From a virus (lineage: Duplodnaviria > Caudoviricetes), in IMG/VR virus record IMGVR_UViG_2786546475_000032, positions 39,048 to 103,047 of that record: a DNA stretch of 64,000 nucleotides; one strand, written 5' to 3'. The notes below the pieces were generated by a model. The model was not told where the DNA came from, searched no databases, and was given only the letters and a program-made list of their open reading frames with translations. The translations under genes were made by a program, and so were the position numbers. How positions within the stretch are numbered: position 1 is the stretch's first letter; the number at the start of each line of letters is the position of its first letter. This document shows positions 36,381 through 46,509 of this stretch, piece by piece.

Positions 36381-36538
36381 AACTTTTTTCACTTTTTTCA
36401 AACTTTTTGGGAAAATTTCCAATTTGACTCCGTTTATATGTATAAGAATGTTCCAAAGGTGTTAATTAGTATATTAGGGAAATTTGAGATCATGGATTAG
36501 AGAAGGGGGTAGAGTAGAGGTATTCGATGATATTGTCA
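36381..36538. repeat. about 157-bp dispersed intergenic repeat, copy 2 (partial inverted copy at 36285-36321)
   Basis: See 7482-7638. Confidence 0.85.
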
Positions 36539-36638
36539 GAAGGATTTGGGAAGTGGGGTGGAGAATGGAAAAATCGGCGGTCGCGGATTTCAAGATTTAA
36601 AAAGTAAATTATCGTATACCTACGGAAATTGTCTATAA

Positions 36639-36680
36639 AGTTTGCTATCGAAACTTTTATTTGATATAGTCTCACTATCG
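36639..36680 (+). promoter_or_regulatory. candidate late promoter
   Basis: AGTTTGCTATCGAAACTT-N19-TATCG, same motif at 50631-50672. Confidence 0.65.
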
Positions 36681-36745
36681 ATTCACAAAACGTATACAAA
36701 ACTACATTGTTTCTCCCTGGTCAACAAAGGGGGTCGAGGTAATTC

Positions 36746-37516
36746 ATGAGTGACAAGCTTGAGAAGAAATCCAACCTCCCAGTCCCTTCTTCTGGCAAAG
36801 AAGAGGTCAGGGTGGATATGGAGCTTGTAAATAAAGTTTCAGCGCTGGAACAAAAGGTAGCAACCCTTAAAGCAAACTCTAACCTTACTGATCGACAAAT
36901 CGCGAAGGCTTGTAAACTCTCCATGAGGAAGTATAACAAGATCGTTGCTGGTGAAGGCGTTCAAGAGGTTATCAAGTTTTACCAGTCGGAACTATTAAAG
37001 AACGACGTACAAATTTCTAAAAGACAGAATAATGAAATAAGGAATAAATTATATTTAGAGCTACAGTCTAGATTTGACGAACCTGATATGGAAGCTGATT
37101 TACCAGATGATGCATCTATCACAGAAAGAAAGATGTATTTACAAAGGTTTATGAAATATGCTTCAGCTAAAGATATTATGAAGATGTTCGTGGATCATGA
37201 TAAGATTGTTAAAGAAGACCAGAACATTACATCTGGTGTAGACGATCGAGATGATCTTGTCAAGACGGTTTTCTCACGCGCTGAAAAAAGGCGTATGATT
37301 CGAAAGAAGAGAAATGCCGAACTTGAGAAGGGTGGAGTCAAAGAGGAAGAGTTTTACGGTAAGGTATTGGATAGACAACCTGATGGAACATTCAAGATGT
37401 CTGAAGATGAATATTACCAACCTGCCTCCCAAGAGGATTTCTATGAAGTCCTCGAAGAGGTCGAGACTGTAGAGAAAGTTGAATTCTTAACTAAAGGAGA
37501 TAAAAAAGATGAGTGA
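36746..37516 (+). CDS. probable terminase small subunit (N-terminal HTH)
   Basis: LTDRQIAKACKLSMRKYNK; position upstream of the large subunit. Confidence 0.55.
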   Translation: MSDKLEKKSNLPVPSSGKEEVRVDMELVNKVSALEQKVATLKANSNLTDRQIAKACKLSMRKYNKIVAGEGVQEVIKFYQSELLKNDVQISKRQNNEIRNKLYLELQSRFDEPDMEADLPDDASITERKMYLQRFMKYASAKDIMKMFVDHDKIVKEDQNITSGVDDRDDLVKTVFSRAEKRRMIRKKRNAELEKGGVKEEEFYGKVLDRQPDGTFKMSEDEYYQPASQEDFYEVLEEVETVEKVEFLTKGDKKDE

Positions 37517-37880
37517 AGGTAAAAAAGATTCAAAAATGCTTATGTTATCAGCTTCAGAAAAAGCTAAGGCCCCAAAAGGCGTCAAAACTCTTTCTGTAGA
37601 TCCTACTACTAAAGAAGTTGAAGAGCTTAAAGAAGAAGAGGATAAAGAGGAGGAGGCTTCGAAAGCTAAACCTAAAAAGAAGTCTTCGAAGAAGCAGAAA
37701 CGTAGTGAGGTTAAAAAAGCTGAACGCGCTGCAAAAGAGGATAAAGAAGAAGTTGTTGAAGAGGAGGTCGAGGTTAAAGAGTATAACCAACCTTCTCAAA
37801 CAGCGGCTAAACTTTCTTCAATCCGTAGAGAGACCCCAGACAAAGCTCGAAAGTACATTGGTACACGAACGAGGTGGTAA
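37509..37880 (+). CDS. K/E-rich hypothetical protein
   Basis: 123 aa, low complexity, coupled. Confidence 0.7.
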   Translation: MSEGKKDSKMLMLSASEKAKAPKGVKTLSVDPTTKEVEELKEEEDKEEEASKAKPKKKSSKKQKRSEVKKAERAAKEDKEEVVEEEVEVKEYNQPSQTAAKLSSIRRETPDKARKYIGTRTRW

Positions 37881-39761
37881 ATGGAGATTAAGGATCTTGA
37901 CGCACCTGATAGGGCTCCTGCTGGTTGGGTGAAGAGAGATCCTGAACCAGAAGAGCTAGAAGGGTTATTTGATTTTATAGCTACAGAACTAGGTTTTTTG
38001 GAGAATGTTTTAGATCCAGATAAAATGGATCAGCTATCCCCAACTGGAACATGGGAGTGGGATAAGTATCAGGAAGATTACTTTATGTGCGACACCTCTT
38101 TCATCTGTAACAAATGCAGACAAAGTGGTGGTTCAGCTATGCTAGCTGCGAAAGCTTTTGCTAGAGGGATGTTGGCGCAAGGTAACTTCTCTTCAGTCAT
38201 GACTTCATATAAGAAGGAAGAGGCTGTTAACAAGATTCACTATGTTAAACAGTATTTGGATGCGCTACCTCCCAAGTTTAGGAAGAAGATTATTAGAGAT
38301 CCTCTTCAGTTAATCGAGTTTGAAAACTACAACGGGACACGCGCTAAAATATTTTCTCACGCTCAGAAACCTATTCGTGGGGTTCCTGCGGATCAGGTTG
38401 GGTTGGATGAGTTAGCCTTCTATCAGTGGGCTGAAGAGGTTTACGCATCGGCGCTACCAGCTATCGCGATGGTTAGAGGAACGATTGATATTATTTCTAC
38501 TCCATTCGGTATGTCAGGTAAATTCTTCGAGATTTTTGATGATGAGAGAAGATATCCTTTCTACGCACGCCTACCTATTTTCTGGTGGATGTGTAAGAGA
38601 TACTTGAAAGAAGAGAATTATGAATTCATGGCTAAGGCTGTGAGACACGCTCCTTTCATGTCTACAGAAGAGAGAGTCCACTTATTTGGTGGAGCTTCTA
38701 TCGTTCAACAGTTTCAGAACGCTTCTGACCTAGAAACATTTCAACAGGAATTCGAAGGGTACTTCGTTGATGAGCAGTCAGCCTTCTTTCACAAAAAGCT
38801 GATTCTTAGCTGTATGTATAATAAGGTTTCTAAAATTGATGATTTCGATCCCAAAGAGGACGAGTTCTACGAATTGGTTGATGGTGTCAAAGTTCAGGTT
38901 TCTCCAGAAGACGCCCTAAGTTCTGAGAGTTATCCTATCCTTGAGAAGTATAGGGGTAAAAAGGATATTCATGGAAAACCAGTTAGATTTAAAAAGTACG
39001 ATACGCTTCAAGAGCTTTACAGTGCATTCCGAACTGGCGAAATTGGTCGCAATATTATTGCTGGAGTCGATTTGGGCACAACAAGACACTCAACAGACAT
39101 CCGAATCTTAGAGGAGATTGTTTTCGAAGATGGCTCTACATTACAGGTAGAAAGGTTTAGTAAGAATGTTCAAAGATGGGATTTACCCAGTCAACAGAAT
39201 TACTTCGAAGCCTTATTACGATCTGGAATCATTAGAAAGATGTTGATGGATTGTACTGGACCTGGAACACAGATGGGGCAGTATTTAGCTAGAAGGTTCC
39301 CTTCAACATTTGTTGATGTTCAGATGGGTGGTAACAACGGTAAACAAGAGCAATTTATGGTCAACCTGAAGAACAGGCTTGAGAATGGTGAATTAGCTTT
39401 GGAGTTCGATAGACAACTTCTGGAGGAATTATATTCCATCGAGCGAGTTGTTGGTGACAACCGTTCTATCCGTTTTAAAGCTGAGGAAAAGAAGAGACAC
39501 CACGCTGATGGCGCGTGGGCTTTAGCTTTTGCTTGTTTCGCTGGTACACCTGCTGGAAAAGCTACTGACAAATTTGTTAACAACTTTTCAGTCGGGAGCA
39601 TCAAATCCTTTTCTGTAGAAGCTCATAAAGAAAGAGCTTTGAACAGGAAGAATTTAGATCGCTCATTCGAGTCATCGAGTTTCGCTGTTTCTTTAGAAGA
39701 GAAAATGGCGTTACTCGATTTGCACGGTATAGATAATTTTATTGGAGGTTTTGAGGAGTAA
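37881..39761 (+). CDS. terL: terminase large subunit
   Basis: NKCRQSGGS, LDELAF (Walker B), ISTPFG, FQQEFEG, GVDLG and HHADGAWALA nuclease motifs. Confidence 0.92.
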   Translation: MEIKDLDAPDRAPAGWVKRDPEPEELEGLFDFIATELGFLENVLDPDKMDQLSPTGTWEWDKYQEDYFMCDTSFICNKCRQSGGSAMLAAKAFARGMLAQGNFSSVMTSYKKEEAVNKIHYVKQYLDALPPKFRKKIIRDPLQLIEFENYNGTRAKIFSHAQKPIRGVPADQVGLDELAFYQWAEEVYASALPAIAMVRGTIDIISTPFGMSGKFFEIFDDERRYPFYARLPIFWWMCKRYLKEENYEFMAKAVRHAPFMSTEERVHLFGGASIVQQFQNASDLETFQQEFEGYFVDEQSAFFHKKLILSCMYNKVSKIDDFDPKEDEFYELVDGVKVQVSPEDALSSESYPILEKYRGKKDIHGKPVRFKKYDTLQELYSAFRTGEIGRNIIAGVDLGTTRHSTDIRILEEIVFEDGSTLQVERFSKNVQRWDLPSQQNYFEALLRSGIIRKMLMDCTGPGTQMGQYLARRFPSTFVDVQMGGNNGKQEQFMVNLKNRLENGELALEFDRQLLEELYSIERVVGDNRSIRFKAEEKKRHHADGAWALAFACFAGTPAGKATDKFVNNFSVGSIKSFSVEAHKERALNRKNLDRSFESSSFAVSLEEKMALLDLHGIDNFIGGFEE

Positions 39762-39765
39762 TATT

Positions 39766-41370
39766 ATGGATAAAACAAATGTAAATAGAGTTTTGAAACT
39801 CGCTATGGAAGATCCTGACATTTCAGATTTTTCTTCTTTTGAAAGCTATGTCTCTAAGAACTCTGATTTAAAGCCTCTAACAAAATCAAAAACCGATAAA
39901 AATAATTTCAAAAGTTTTTCAGTTGGTGACGAGGGCGATATCAGAGGTCAAACGGTTAGACCGGGATTTGGTTCTAGCTTGGTAAATGGTAGAGATAAAC
40001 TTAGGAATAGAGTTCACGAACTAGAAAATGAGTTCGAGGTTTATAATACAGATAACATCCCATTATCCACCTATCAGAAAATGTCGGTAGATCCGATGAT
40101 CAGGCTTGCGACAAATCTTATTGTCGGCTTGATCTCGGGTTTAAAGTTTACCATCGCTCACCCCGATGAAAAGGTTCAAGCTGTAGTTAATGATATCTAT
40201 AAGATACATCACAACTCGACTGTAAGAAATATGCTTACATCGGGTTTGAAATACGGCTTCTCTTTTGGTGAGAAGGTTTGGCAAAGAGAGGAGATTACAT
40301 CAACCTCAGAAGCTAAAGGCGAAAAGAACGTCGTGTATTCTGGTAAAGTTGCATCACTCAAAAAAGTGAAGTGGTTAGATCCGAGGCAAAACTTTGAATT
40401 CTATGTGAATAAGTCTGATGAAATTTCAAAAGTTGTTCAGGTCCAGAATTCTACAAGAGTTGCTGTGAAGAGAGATAAGATTGTTTGGTTTATCCTAGAC
40501 AGGGAGTTTTCTTCAGTCTTTGGTAAGTCCAGATATAAGAGTGCTTATATAGATTGGTACTATAGTAAGATTGCTAGACAATATATGTTGAAGCATCTTG
40601 AGAAAACTGGCTCGCCCCACCTGGAAGTGAGGTATCCGCTCGGTGAAAACTTGCTGGATGGGCAAATGGTCTCCAACGATCAGATTGCTCAACGGATGGC
40701 TCAATCCTTACTCGTACATGGGTCTGTAATGGTGCCGTCTGAGGTCGATGAAACCAGTAAGGAGCCACGCTGGAGCTTGGAGTACAAAGAACCTAAGAAC
40801 ACATCTCTAGACGCTTATATGGATTACCTGCAACTTGCTGATCGAAGAAAGGTCCAAGCGCACGGTATCCCAGATTCGATTTTAGTAGGCGATTCTAATT
40901 TCTCAGAAACGGATGCTAAAACAGATCTTTTATTGATTATGGCTGAAGACTTGGTTGATCAATTAGAAGAGTCTATTAAAACAGATCTTATTGATGTTAT
41001 CGCAGCTTACAATTTTGGACCAAAGATTATTAACGATCTTGTCTTTACGATTGACAGATCAGGCTTAGGAAGAAGAAAAGCTATCAAAGAATTCATGACT
41101 GCTATGCTTAGAGTTGGTACAGCTATGAAGGGTCGCAAGATGACCTTCTGGCCAGACATTAGAAAAGGCTTCAAGGATCTTGGTATTCCTACTACAACCT
41201 TTGATGAGTTATTCGTTGAAGATGAATTGGAAACTAAGAGACAAGAGGATCTAATGAAAGCTAAAGAAAAGCAGGATGCTGGAAATGATAAGGATAGAAA
41301 TCGCCCCGGTGGAGATAATAGATCTCGAACTAGGGATGCAAAAGATGATAGCGCGACAGACAATAATTAA
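39766..41370 (+). CDS. portal protein
   Basis: Follows terL; LKYGFSFGEKVW, FGKSRY..AY..W motifs; about 534 aa. Confidence 0.85.
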   Translation: MDKTNVNRVLKLAMEDPDISDFSSFESYVSKNSDLKPLTKSKTDKNNFKSFSVGDEGDIRGQTVRPGFGSSLVNGRDKLRNRVHELENEFEVYNTDNIPLSTYQKMSVDPMIRLATNLIVGLISGLKFTIAHPDEKVQAVVNDIYKIHHNSTVRNMLTSGLKYGFSFGEKVWQREEITSTSEAKGEKNVVYSGKVASLKKVKWLDPRQNFEFYVNKSDEISKVVQVQNSTRVAVKRDKIVWFILDREFSSVFGKSRYKSAYIDWYYSKIARQYMLKHLEKTGSPHLEVRYPLGENLLDGQMVSNDQIAQRMAQSLLVHGSVMVPSEVDETSKEPRWSLEYKEPKNTSLDAYMDYLQLADRRKVQAHGIPDSILVGDSNFSETDAKTDLLLIMAEDLVDQLEESIKTDLIDVIAAYNFGPKIINDLVFTIDRSGLGRRKAIKEFMTAMLRVGTAMKGRKMTFWPDIRKGFKDLGIPTTTFDELFVEDELETKRQEDLMKAKEKQDAGNDKDRNRPGGDNRSRTRDAKDDSATDNN

Positions 41371-41381
41371 GGAGTTAAAAT

Positions 41382-42893
41382 ATGGATGACGATAAAACAT
41401 TCTATTTCTCCGGCGATTTATTCGATACTAACCTCTCCGGTGGTAAGTCAATTATTGAATTGGCTGAAGCTGGAGAGTTTATCGAGACAGCTATTTTTAG
41501 AGAAGGTAAGTTTAACCATCGTTGGTATGGACAGTTGGATTTCACCAAGGATTATCTTGGTAAGATTGTTAACAACTTCAACGCTGGTACAAATCCTCAA
41601 GCTATTTCGGTAAACAAGCATCACGAGCCAGAACATGGAGCTTACGGTTGGGTCGAGCAAGATGCTGGAAATCTTTTCACAAAAGAACTCACTTTTACAG
41701 ATCCTTTAGGTAGGGAAGTTACAAAGAGTTTCTTATTTGCTAGATGGAAACCTACTCCAAAAGGTATCGAAGCTATTAAGAATAAAGAGTTCAGGTACTT
41801 CTCAGCTGAGATCAGTGATGAGTTTACCACGAATGAGATTCACAAGGTCGCTGGTAAGAAAGAAGAAGATGACGAAGCTATTGTAAAGAGTGGTCCTACG
41901 ATGACTGCTTTCGCGATTACTAATACACCTTTCATCCCCAATTTACCAGGGATGTTCTCTAAGGGGTTAAGTAAGGAAGAAGCTGATAATATTGAAGTTG
42001 ATAAGTATTCAGAAGATGGAATCCCAGGCACCTTCGTTCTGGTGAAACCTAATACAGAAGAGAATGGAGAAGAGGGTGCTGAGGGTGAAGAGCCTGAAAC
42101 AAACACTCAATCTTTTTCTACAAACCCAACACAAAAACCAAAGGAGAATAATAAAATGAAATTTTCAAAAGCACTACAGGATCTCCAAGGGAAGGAAGGC
42201 GAGGCTCGCTATTCTTTCTGTAAGGAAATTCGAACTAAAGTTAACGCTGGTGAGATCGAGGCTACAGAAGTCGAGCAACTTGTTTTTTCAGAACTAGAGA
42301 AGGCTATTGAAGCTGATCATCAAAAAAGCATCGCTCTTAACGCATCAATTAAAGAAGCTGAACAACTCAAGAATAAGAATAAAGAGTTTTCAAAGCAGCG
42401 TGCTGAACTTGAGATTGAACTACGCCGAGCGCGTGAAGGTTCTTATAACAGCCGAGTTAAAGCTTTCTCAGCCGAGCTTGAGAACAAGAATCACTTCCCA
42501 TCTGTTGTAAATAAGGTTACTGAGATTCTTAATGATGTTACTGTTGAAGCACGAGAGCAGAAGTTCTCACTCACTTCAGCTGGTGACGATGGAGATAAAG
42601 TAGATCTTTTCCATCTATTTAGTGAAGTTCTAGAAGCTATTCCAGAAGAGGCCCGCTTTGATACCAGTCAGCAGTTTTCAGCTAATAGTGGCGAAGGTGA
42701 GGGGAATGATACCCCGGTTGCTCCAGAAGGTGGCGCGCAAGGTGGAAACGCTGGTGTTGATAAAGCATACGCCCGCTTTCCTGAAGAGCTTCGAGATCGT
42801 GTGAGGAAGTATTGCGAAGCTAACAACTATAATCCAGAACTAGTTACTGACGCTTCAATCTTTGATGAAGATGGCAATATTAAGTTCGACTAA
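41382..42893 (+). CDS. capsid maturation protease / scaffold
   Basis: H..AYGWV, WKPT..G..AIKNKEFRYFSAE, AITNTPF (Mu I-like), coiled-coil C-terminal half. Confidence 0.85.
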   Translation: MDDDKTFYFSGDLFDTNLSGGKSIIELAEAGEFIETAIFREGKFNHRWYGQLDFTKDYLGKIVNNFNAGTNPQAISVNKHHEPEHGAYGWVEQDAGNLFTKELTFTDPLGREVTKSFLFARWKPTPKGIEAIKNKEFRYFSAEISDEFTTNEIHKVAGKKEEDDEAIVKSGPTMTAFAITNTPFIPNLPGMFSKGLSKEEADNIEVDKYSEDGIPGTFVLVKPNTEENGEEGAEGEEPETNTQSFSTNPTQKPKENNKMKFSKALQDLQGKEGEARYSFCKEIRTKVNAGEIEATEVEQLVFSELEKAIEADHQKSIALNASIKEAEQLKNKNKEFSKQRAELEIELRRAREGSYNSRVKAFSAELENKNHFPSVVNKVTEILNDVTVEAREQKFSLTSAGDDGDKVDLFHLFSEVLEAIPEEARFDTSQQFSANSGEGEGNDTPVAPEGGAQGGNAGVDKAYARFPEELRDRVRKYCEANNYNPELVTDASIFDEDGNIKFD

Positions 42894-42921
42894 TTTTAAT
42901 TAAAACATAAGGAGTTTAAAA

Positions 42922-43311
42922 ATGGCAGGATATAGAAACGAAGAGTATGCCGATACCCAAGTAGATGATCTCTTGGCGCATACAGATTTCCAATCTCTAC
43001 CTATCGTTATTGATAAGGATGCTAGAGATCAAACAAACGATACTACTACAGAACTGAGGAAAGGTTTGGTTCTTTGTAAAGTTACCGCTACTGGTAAGTA
43101 TAAAGAATATGATAATGATGCGAGTGATGGTACAGAAGATGCATCCACCGCCGTTATTTTGATGCAGCCTATTTCTTTGAATACAACTGACGATCAGCCT
43201 GCTACCGCTCTTGTTAGAGCGATTGTGAAAGCTGATGCGCCTATTTTTCATGATTCCGCTGCTGCGACAGCTTTCACTTGGGGCGATTGTCAATTAATTC
43301 GCCAGTGGTAA
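42922..43311 (+). CDS. head decoration protein
   Basis: LRKGLVLCKVTATGKY..YD..ASDG.E motif; precedes the major capsid gene. Confidence 0.8.
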   Translation: MAGYRNEEYADTQVDDLLAHTDFQSLPIVIDKDARDQTNDTTTELRKGLVLCKVTATGKYKEYDNDASDGTEDASTAVILMQPISLNTTDDQPATALVRAIVKADAPIFHDSAAATAFTWGDCQLIRQW

Positions 43312-43336
43312 ACAATAGACTAAAAGGAGTTTAAAA

Positions 43337-44620
43337 ATGAGTAATTATAGTTTTACAGATTATGATCGCCACCCTCTATTGAGGACTGACAAGATTGATG
43401 GGGTTTTAACACTCTTCCCAATCATGGCAGCACAAATGGAATTGGCGCGTCATATCCCACTTGTTAATATTAACGCTGATAAAATCCAAATGGATATCGA
43501 GAAGACGATGGTTGGTGGTATGACACCCGCGTCAGCCATTGGTTCGCCCGCGCCGATTTACGGTCTTCATGGTCGAGCTTACCGAGAGTTCGAAGCAGCT
43601 GAATGGAAAGAGAAGGTCATCCTTCTTGAGCATGAGCTTGTTGATTTTCGTAAACTCGGTACAAAGAATGAGCTAATGAGTGCGCGTGAGCGTCTTGCTC
43701 AAAAGTATCGTCATATTGAAGAGCGCCTCGCGTACCGACTTGAGTACATGCGTCGCCAGATGATTTTTGATAGTACTGTTACTGGGGTTATCAACGGTGT
43801 CGAAGTAGATCTTGCTACATACAACCACCCTAGCTATCTCGAATTCACAGCTGGTACAGCTTGGAGTAACACCGCTTCAGCCGATCCTGTTGGAGATCTT
43901 CAGCTTGCTGCTGAAACCTATATGGATTACTCCGGGTATGAAGTGGCTGAGGTAACTCTTCCATTCGGTACAGCGCGTAAGCTAGTGAAGAACAAAGAGT
44001 TTCGTGACATCATGGTTAACTCTTATGGGGCTTACCACAATACTCAAAACAACGCTATGAGTATGCTTGCTGAACACCTTGGCCTTGGTAATGTTCGTGA
44101 GAGTAACGCGAAGCTTCCTCACGTCACCGAGCTAACTGCTTCAGCTGCCGCTGCTCAAGCTGATATCACTGTTCGTGATACAACCTTTATTGCTGCCGGT
44201 ACTACAGTTGTTCTCAAGAAGATCGATGGTACGAGTGAGTCAAAGGTCGTCGCTTCTGTTTCAGGAAAGACTATCACCTTTACTGAGAATCTTGTTAATG
44301 CTTACGTTGCCGGTGATATGGCTCGTTGGCATCTTCGTACAATTCCAGATAACACTGTCTTGATGGTTGGTCGTCCTATGGCGATGAACTCTTTGGGTAG
44401 CAATGAAGGTCTTGCAGATCAGGATAAACGAGTTCAGTGGGCGGATGTTGCATCTACTTACTCTCGTTACGAAAACCTTAATAACCCTCGCCCCGGTGTT
44501 TTCCGTAAGAACATCGACAAGCTTGGTGACGATCCACCTCGTCTTGAGCAGGTTATTGGTATTCGCGCTCTTCCACGACTTCACTACGGTGAAGGTTGGG
44601 CGACTCTCGACATTGGTTAA
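43337..44620 (+). CDS. major capsid protein (lambda E-like) with an inserted beta-rich domain
   Basis: RLEYMRRQ, WSNTASADPVGDL, C-terminal RALP; followed by a strong terminator. Confidence 0.85.
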   Translation: MSNYSFTDYDRHPLLRTDKIDGVLTLFPIMAAQMELARHIPLVNINADKIQMDIEKTMVGGMTPASAIGSPAPIYGLHGRAYREFEAAEWKEKVILLEHELVDFRKLGTKNELMSARERLAQKYRHIEERLAYRLEYMRRQMIFDSTVTGVINGVEVDLATYNHPSYLEFTAGTAWSNTASADPVGDLQLAAETYMDYSGYEVAEVTLPFGTARKLVKNKEFRDIMVNSYGAYHNTQNNAMSMLAEHLGLGNVRESNAKLPHVTELTASAAAAQADITVRDTTFIAAGTTVVLKKIDGTSESKVVASVSGKTITFTENLVNAYVAGDMARWHLRTIPDNTVLMVGRPMAMNSLGSNEGLADQDKRVQWADVASTYSRYENLNNPRPGVFRKNIDKLGDDPPRLEQVIGIRALPRLHYGEGWATLDIG

Positions 44621-44634
44621 TAGATAGATGAATT

Positions 44635-44661
44635 CCCCACCCTTCGGGGTGGGGTTTTTTT
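44635..44661 (+). terminator. intrinsic terminator
   Basis: CCCCACCC-TTCG-GGGTGGGG then T7. Confidence 0.9.
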
Positions 44662-44670
44662 GGAGGTTTT

Positions 44671-44964
44671 ATGAAGGTTACAGAAATTTCTACCATGCAG
44701 ATTGTTGGTAGGCCAAATATTATCGCGAATTCAAAACTTATTTCTTCAGGAAGGATTTTAAAATCTGAAAATGAAAAGGATCTCGAAGATATCAAAGCAC
44801 TTCTAAATTCACGATTTGATTGCGTGACAGATAAAGAAGCCGCAGATAAGCAGAATTGTTTATTTGTTGTCTTGAAAAAGAAAGAAGAACCTAAAGAAGA
44901 AAAGAAAACAACAACTAGAAAGACTTCTACTAGAAGAACTTCAAAAGCCAAGTCAGGAGATTGA
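44671..44964 (+). CDS. hypothetical protein
   Basis: 97 aa, basic tail. Confidence 0.7.
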   Translation: MKVTEISTMQIVGRPNIIANSKLISSGRILKSENEKDLEDIKALLNSRFDCVTDKEAADKQNCLFVVLKKKEEPKEEKKTTTRKTSTRRTSKAKSGD

Positions 44965-44965
44965 G

Positions 44966-45349
44966 ATGAGTAATACACTGGATAATATTGTTCAGGTTCA
45001 TACCATCGCTTCTCAGATTGTAGGTTTTGAACTTTACTTGATGATCCCAGTATTCGTTCTGGTTTCAGTGTTATCCAGGGTGTTGAAAATAAGATCTAAA
45101 TATCCAAATTCTAAAAGTTGGATGTTAGGTTTGTTATGTCTTTTAGTCGCTATTATTGTAGCTTATTTTAATATTGAAAAATTAGATTACAAGACGCTCA
45201 TGAAAATGTCTATAAGCCTGGGTGCTACTTCAGCCTTAACTTATCAAATCTTCAAAAAGTTCTTTAAATCTATCATTCTTAGATTGGCTAACCAGTTTAA
45301 GAAGAAGACTGGTCAGGGTGTGGATATAGTAGATGAGGATTTCTTATGA
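44966..45349 (+). CDS. putative holin
   Basis: Three hydrophobic segments, basic C-terminus. Confidence 0.55.
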   Translation: MSNTLDNIVQVHTIASQIVGFELYLMIPVFVLVSVLSRVLKIRSKYPNSKSWMLGLLCLLVAIIVAYFNIEKLDYKTLMKMSISLGATSALTYQIFKKFFKSIILRLANQFKKKTGQGVDIVDEDFL

Positions 45350-45756
45350 GTTTTGAAGAGGGTGTTAAAATTATGGCCGAGAAAAAAGTCGATGTTGGTG
45401 AGTTCCAACAATTATTCGAGATTTTTATTGATAGGTTAGAGAGCGATTTAGATCAGGTAAAGATAAAGGTTGACAAAGTTGATGCTACAGTAAACAGTAC
45501 GAATACATCTCTTATGTTTTTACAAGACTCTATAGTCGGGTTAAAGACTGATTTGAAAGAGTATAAGGATTCAACCGTGACTTCTAAAGATTTAGAGACT
45601 ACTATCACGCCGATTAATGATAAGATTAAAAAACTTGAAGAGGATGTAGATGTAAACAAGACTGCTAGAATCAGATTGTATGGCGCATTCGGCGCTGCAA
45701 TGGTTCTATGGCCTATTATTATGTACGCTCTTCAATCTTTCGTTGCAGCGAATTAA
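45346..45756 (+). CDS. coiled-coil protein with C-terminal TM (lysis-associated)
   Basis: Heptad pattern then LYGAFGAAMVLWPIIMYAL. Confidence 0.55.
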   Translation: MSFEEGVKIMAEKKVDVGEFQQLFEIFIDRLESDLDQVKIKVDKVDATVNSTNTSLMFLQDSIVGLKTDLKEYKDSTVTSKDLETTITPINDKIKKLEEDVDVNKTARIRLYGAFGAAMVLWPIIMYALQSFVAAN

Positions 45757-45757
45757 A

Positions 45758-46093
45758 ATGAAAAAGTTTATATTAAAATTTAAGTGGCAACTACTTTTCG
45801 TGGGTTTTGTAATAGCTACTGTATTGATATACATCGCAACCTTGGATAATGAAATTGAAGAAAGAGAGGCTAATGTAAAAGAGGTTGAAGATTGGTTTTT
45901 GGAGGAAAGGAAAAAGGTTATTAAGGAAGCTGTCGAGAAGACGGCTACCGAAAATAAACGAGTACAAAAAGAGATCGAATCTAATGACAAGGAGATAGAA
46001 GATATCAGGAAGGATATGGAGGTAAAGAATGAAGAAATTGATAAGATGGACCTCGAAGAGCTTTCTGATCTTTTTATTGATCTTGGTTATTAG
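45758..46093 (+). CDS. putative i-spanin (Rz-like)
   Basis: N-terminal TM then coiled coil; overlapped by next gene. Confidence 0.55.
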   Translation: MKKFILKFKWQLLFVGFVIATVLIYIATLDNEIEEREANVKEVEDWFLEERKKVIKEAVEKTATENKRVQKEIESNDKEIEDIRKDMEVKNEEIDKMDLEELSDLFIDLGY

Positions 46094-46496
46094 TTTACCC
46101 GCGAGGGCTTACTCTCAGACTTGTGAATACGTCTACAAGGATGATGGCTCGCGAGTTGAGAGAGTGATAAAAATAGATGGAGATGATTATTTTTACTTCC
46201 CAGAACATGTAGCCAGACGATTAGCCAAGACTGCGGTAGAAAACGCCGCACTCAAATCTGAAAATGAAGTGCTTAAAAAGTCTAACAAGACACTGGTTGC
46301 CAATCATATTTTTAACGTGGAGATGGCCGAGTATTACAGGAAGATGTCTGAAACCAACTTCGAGTATATGGTTAAAAGGCTCGAACATACTCAGAAACCA
46401 GATCCGTTTTATAAGAGGTTTTCATTTGGTTTTATCAGCGGTTTTGGATTGGCCGCTGCTTCGTACTTCTTTTGGGACTATGCTAGAGATAATTAA
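46029..46496 (+). CDS. putative spanin partner (signal peptide, C-terminal Gly-rich hydrophobic segment)
   Basis: Overlaps the 3' end of the Rz-like gene. Confidence 0.45.
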   Translation: MKKLIRWTSKSFLIFLLILVISLPARAYSQTCEYVYKDDGSRVERVIKIDGDDYFYFPEHVARRLAKTAVENAALKSENEVLKKSNKTLVANHIFNVEMAEYYRKMSETNFEYMVKRLEHTQKPDPFYKRFSFGFISGFGLAAASYFFWDYARDN

Positions 46497-46509
46497 GAGG
46501 AGGTTTTGA

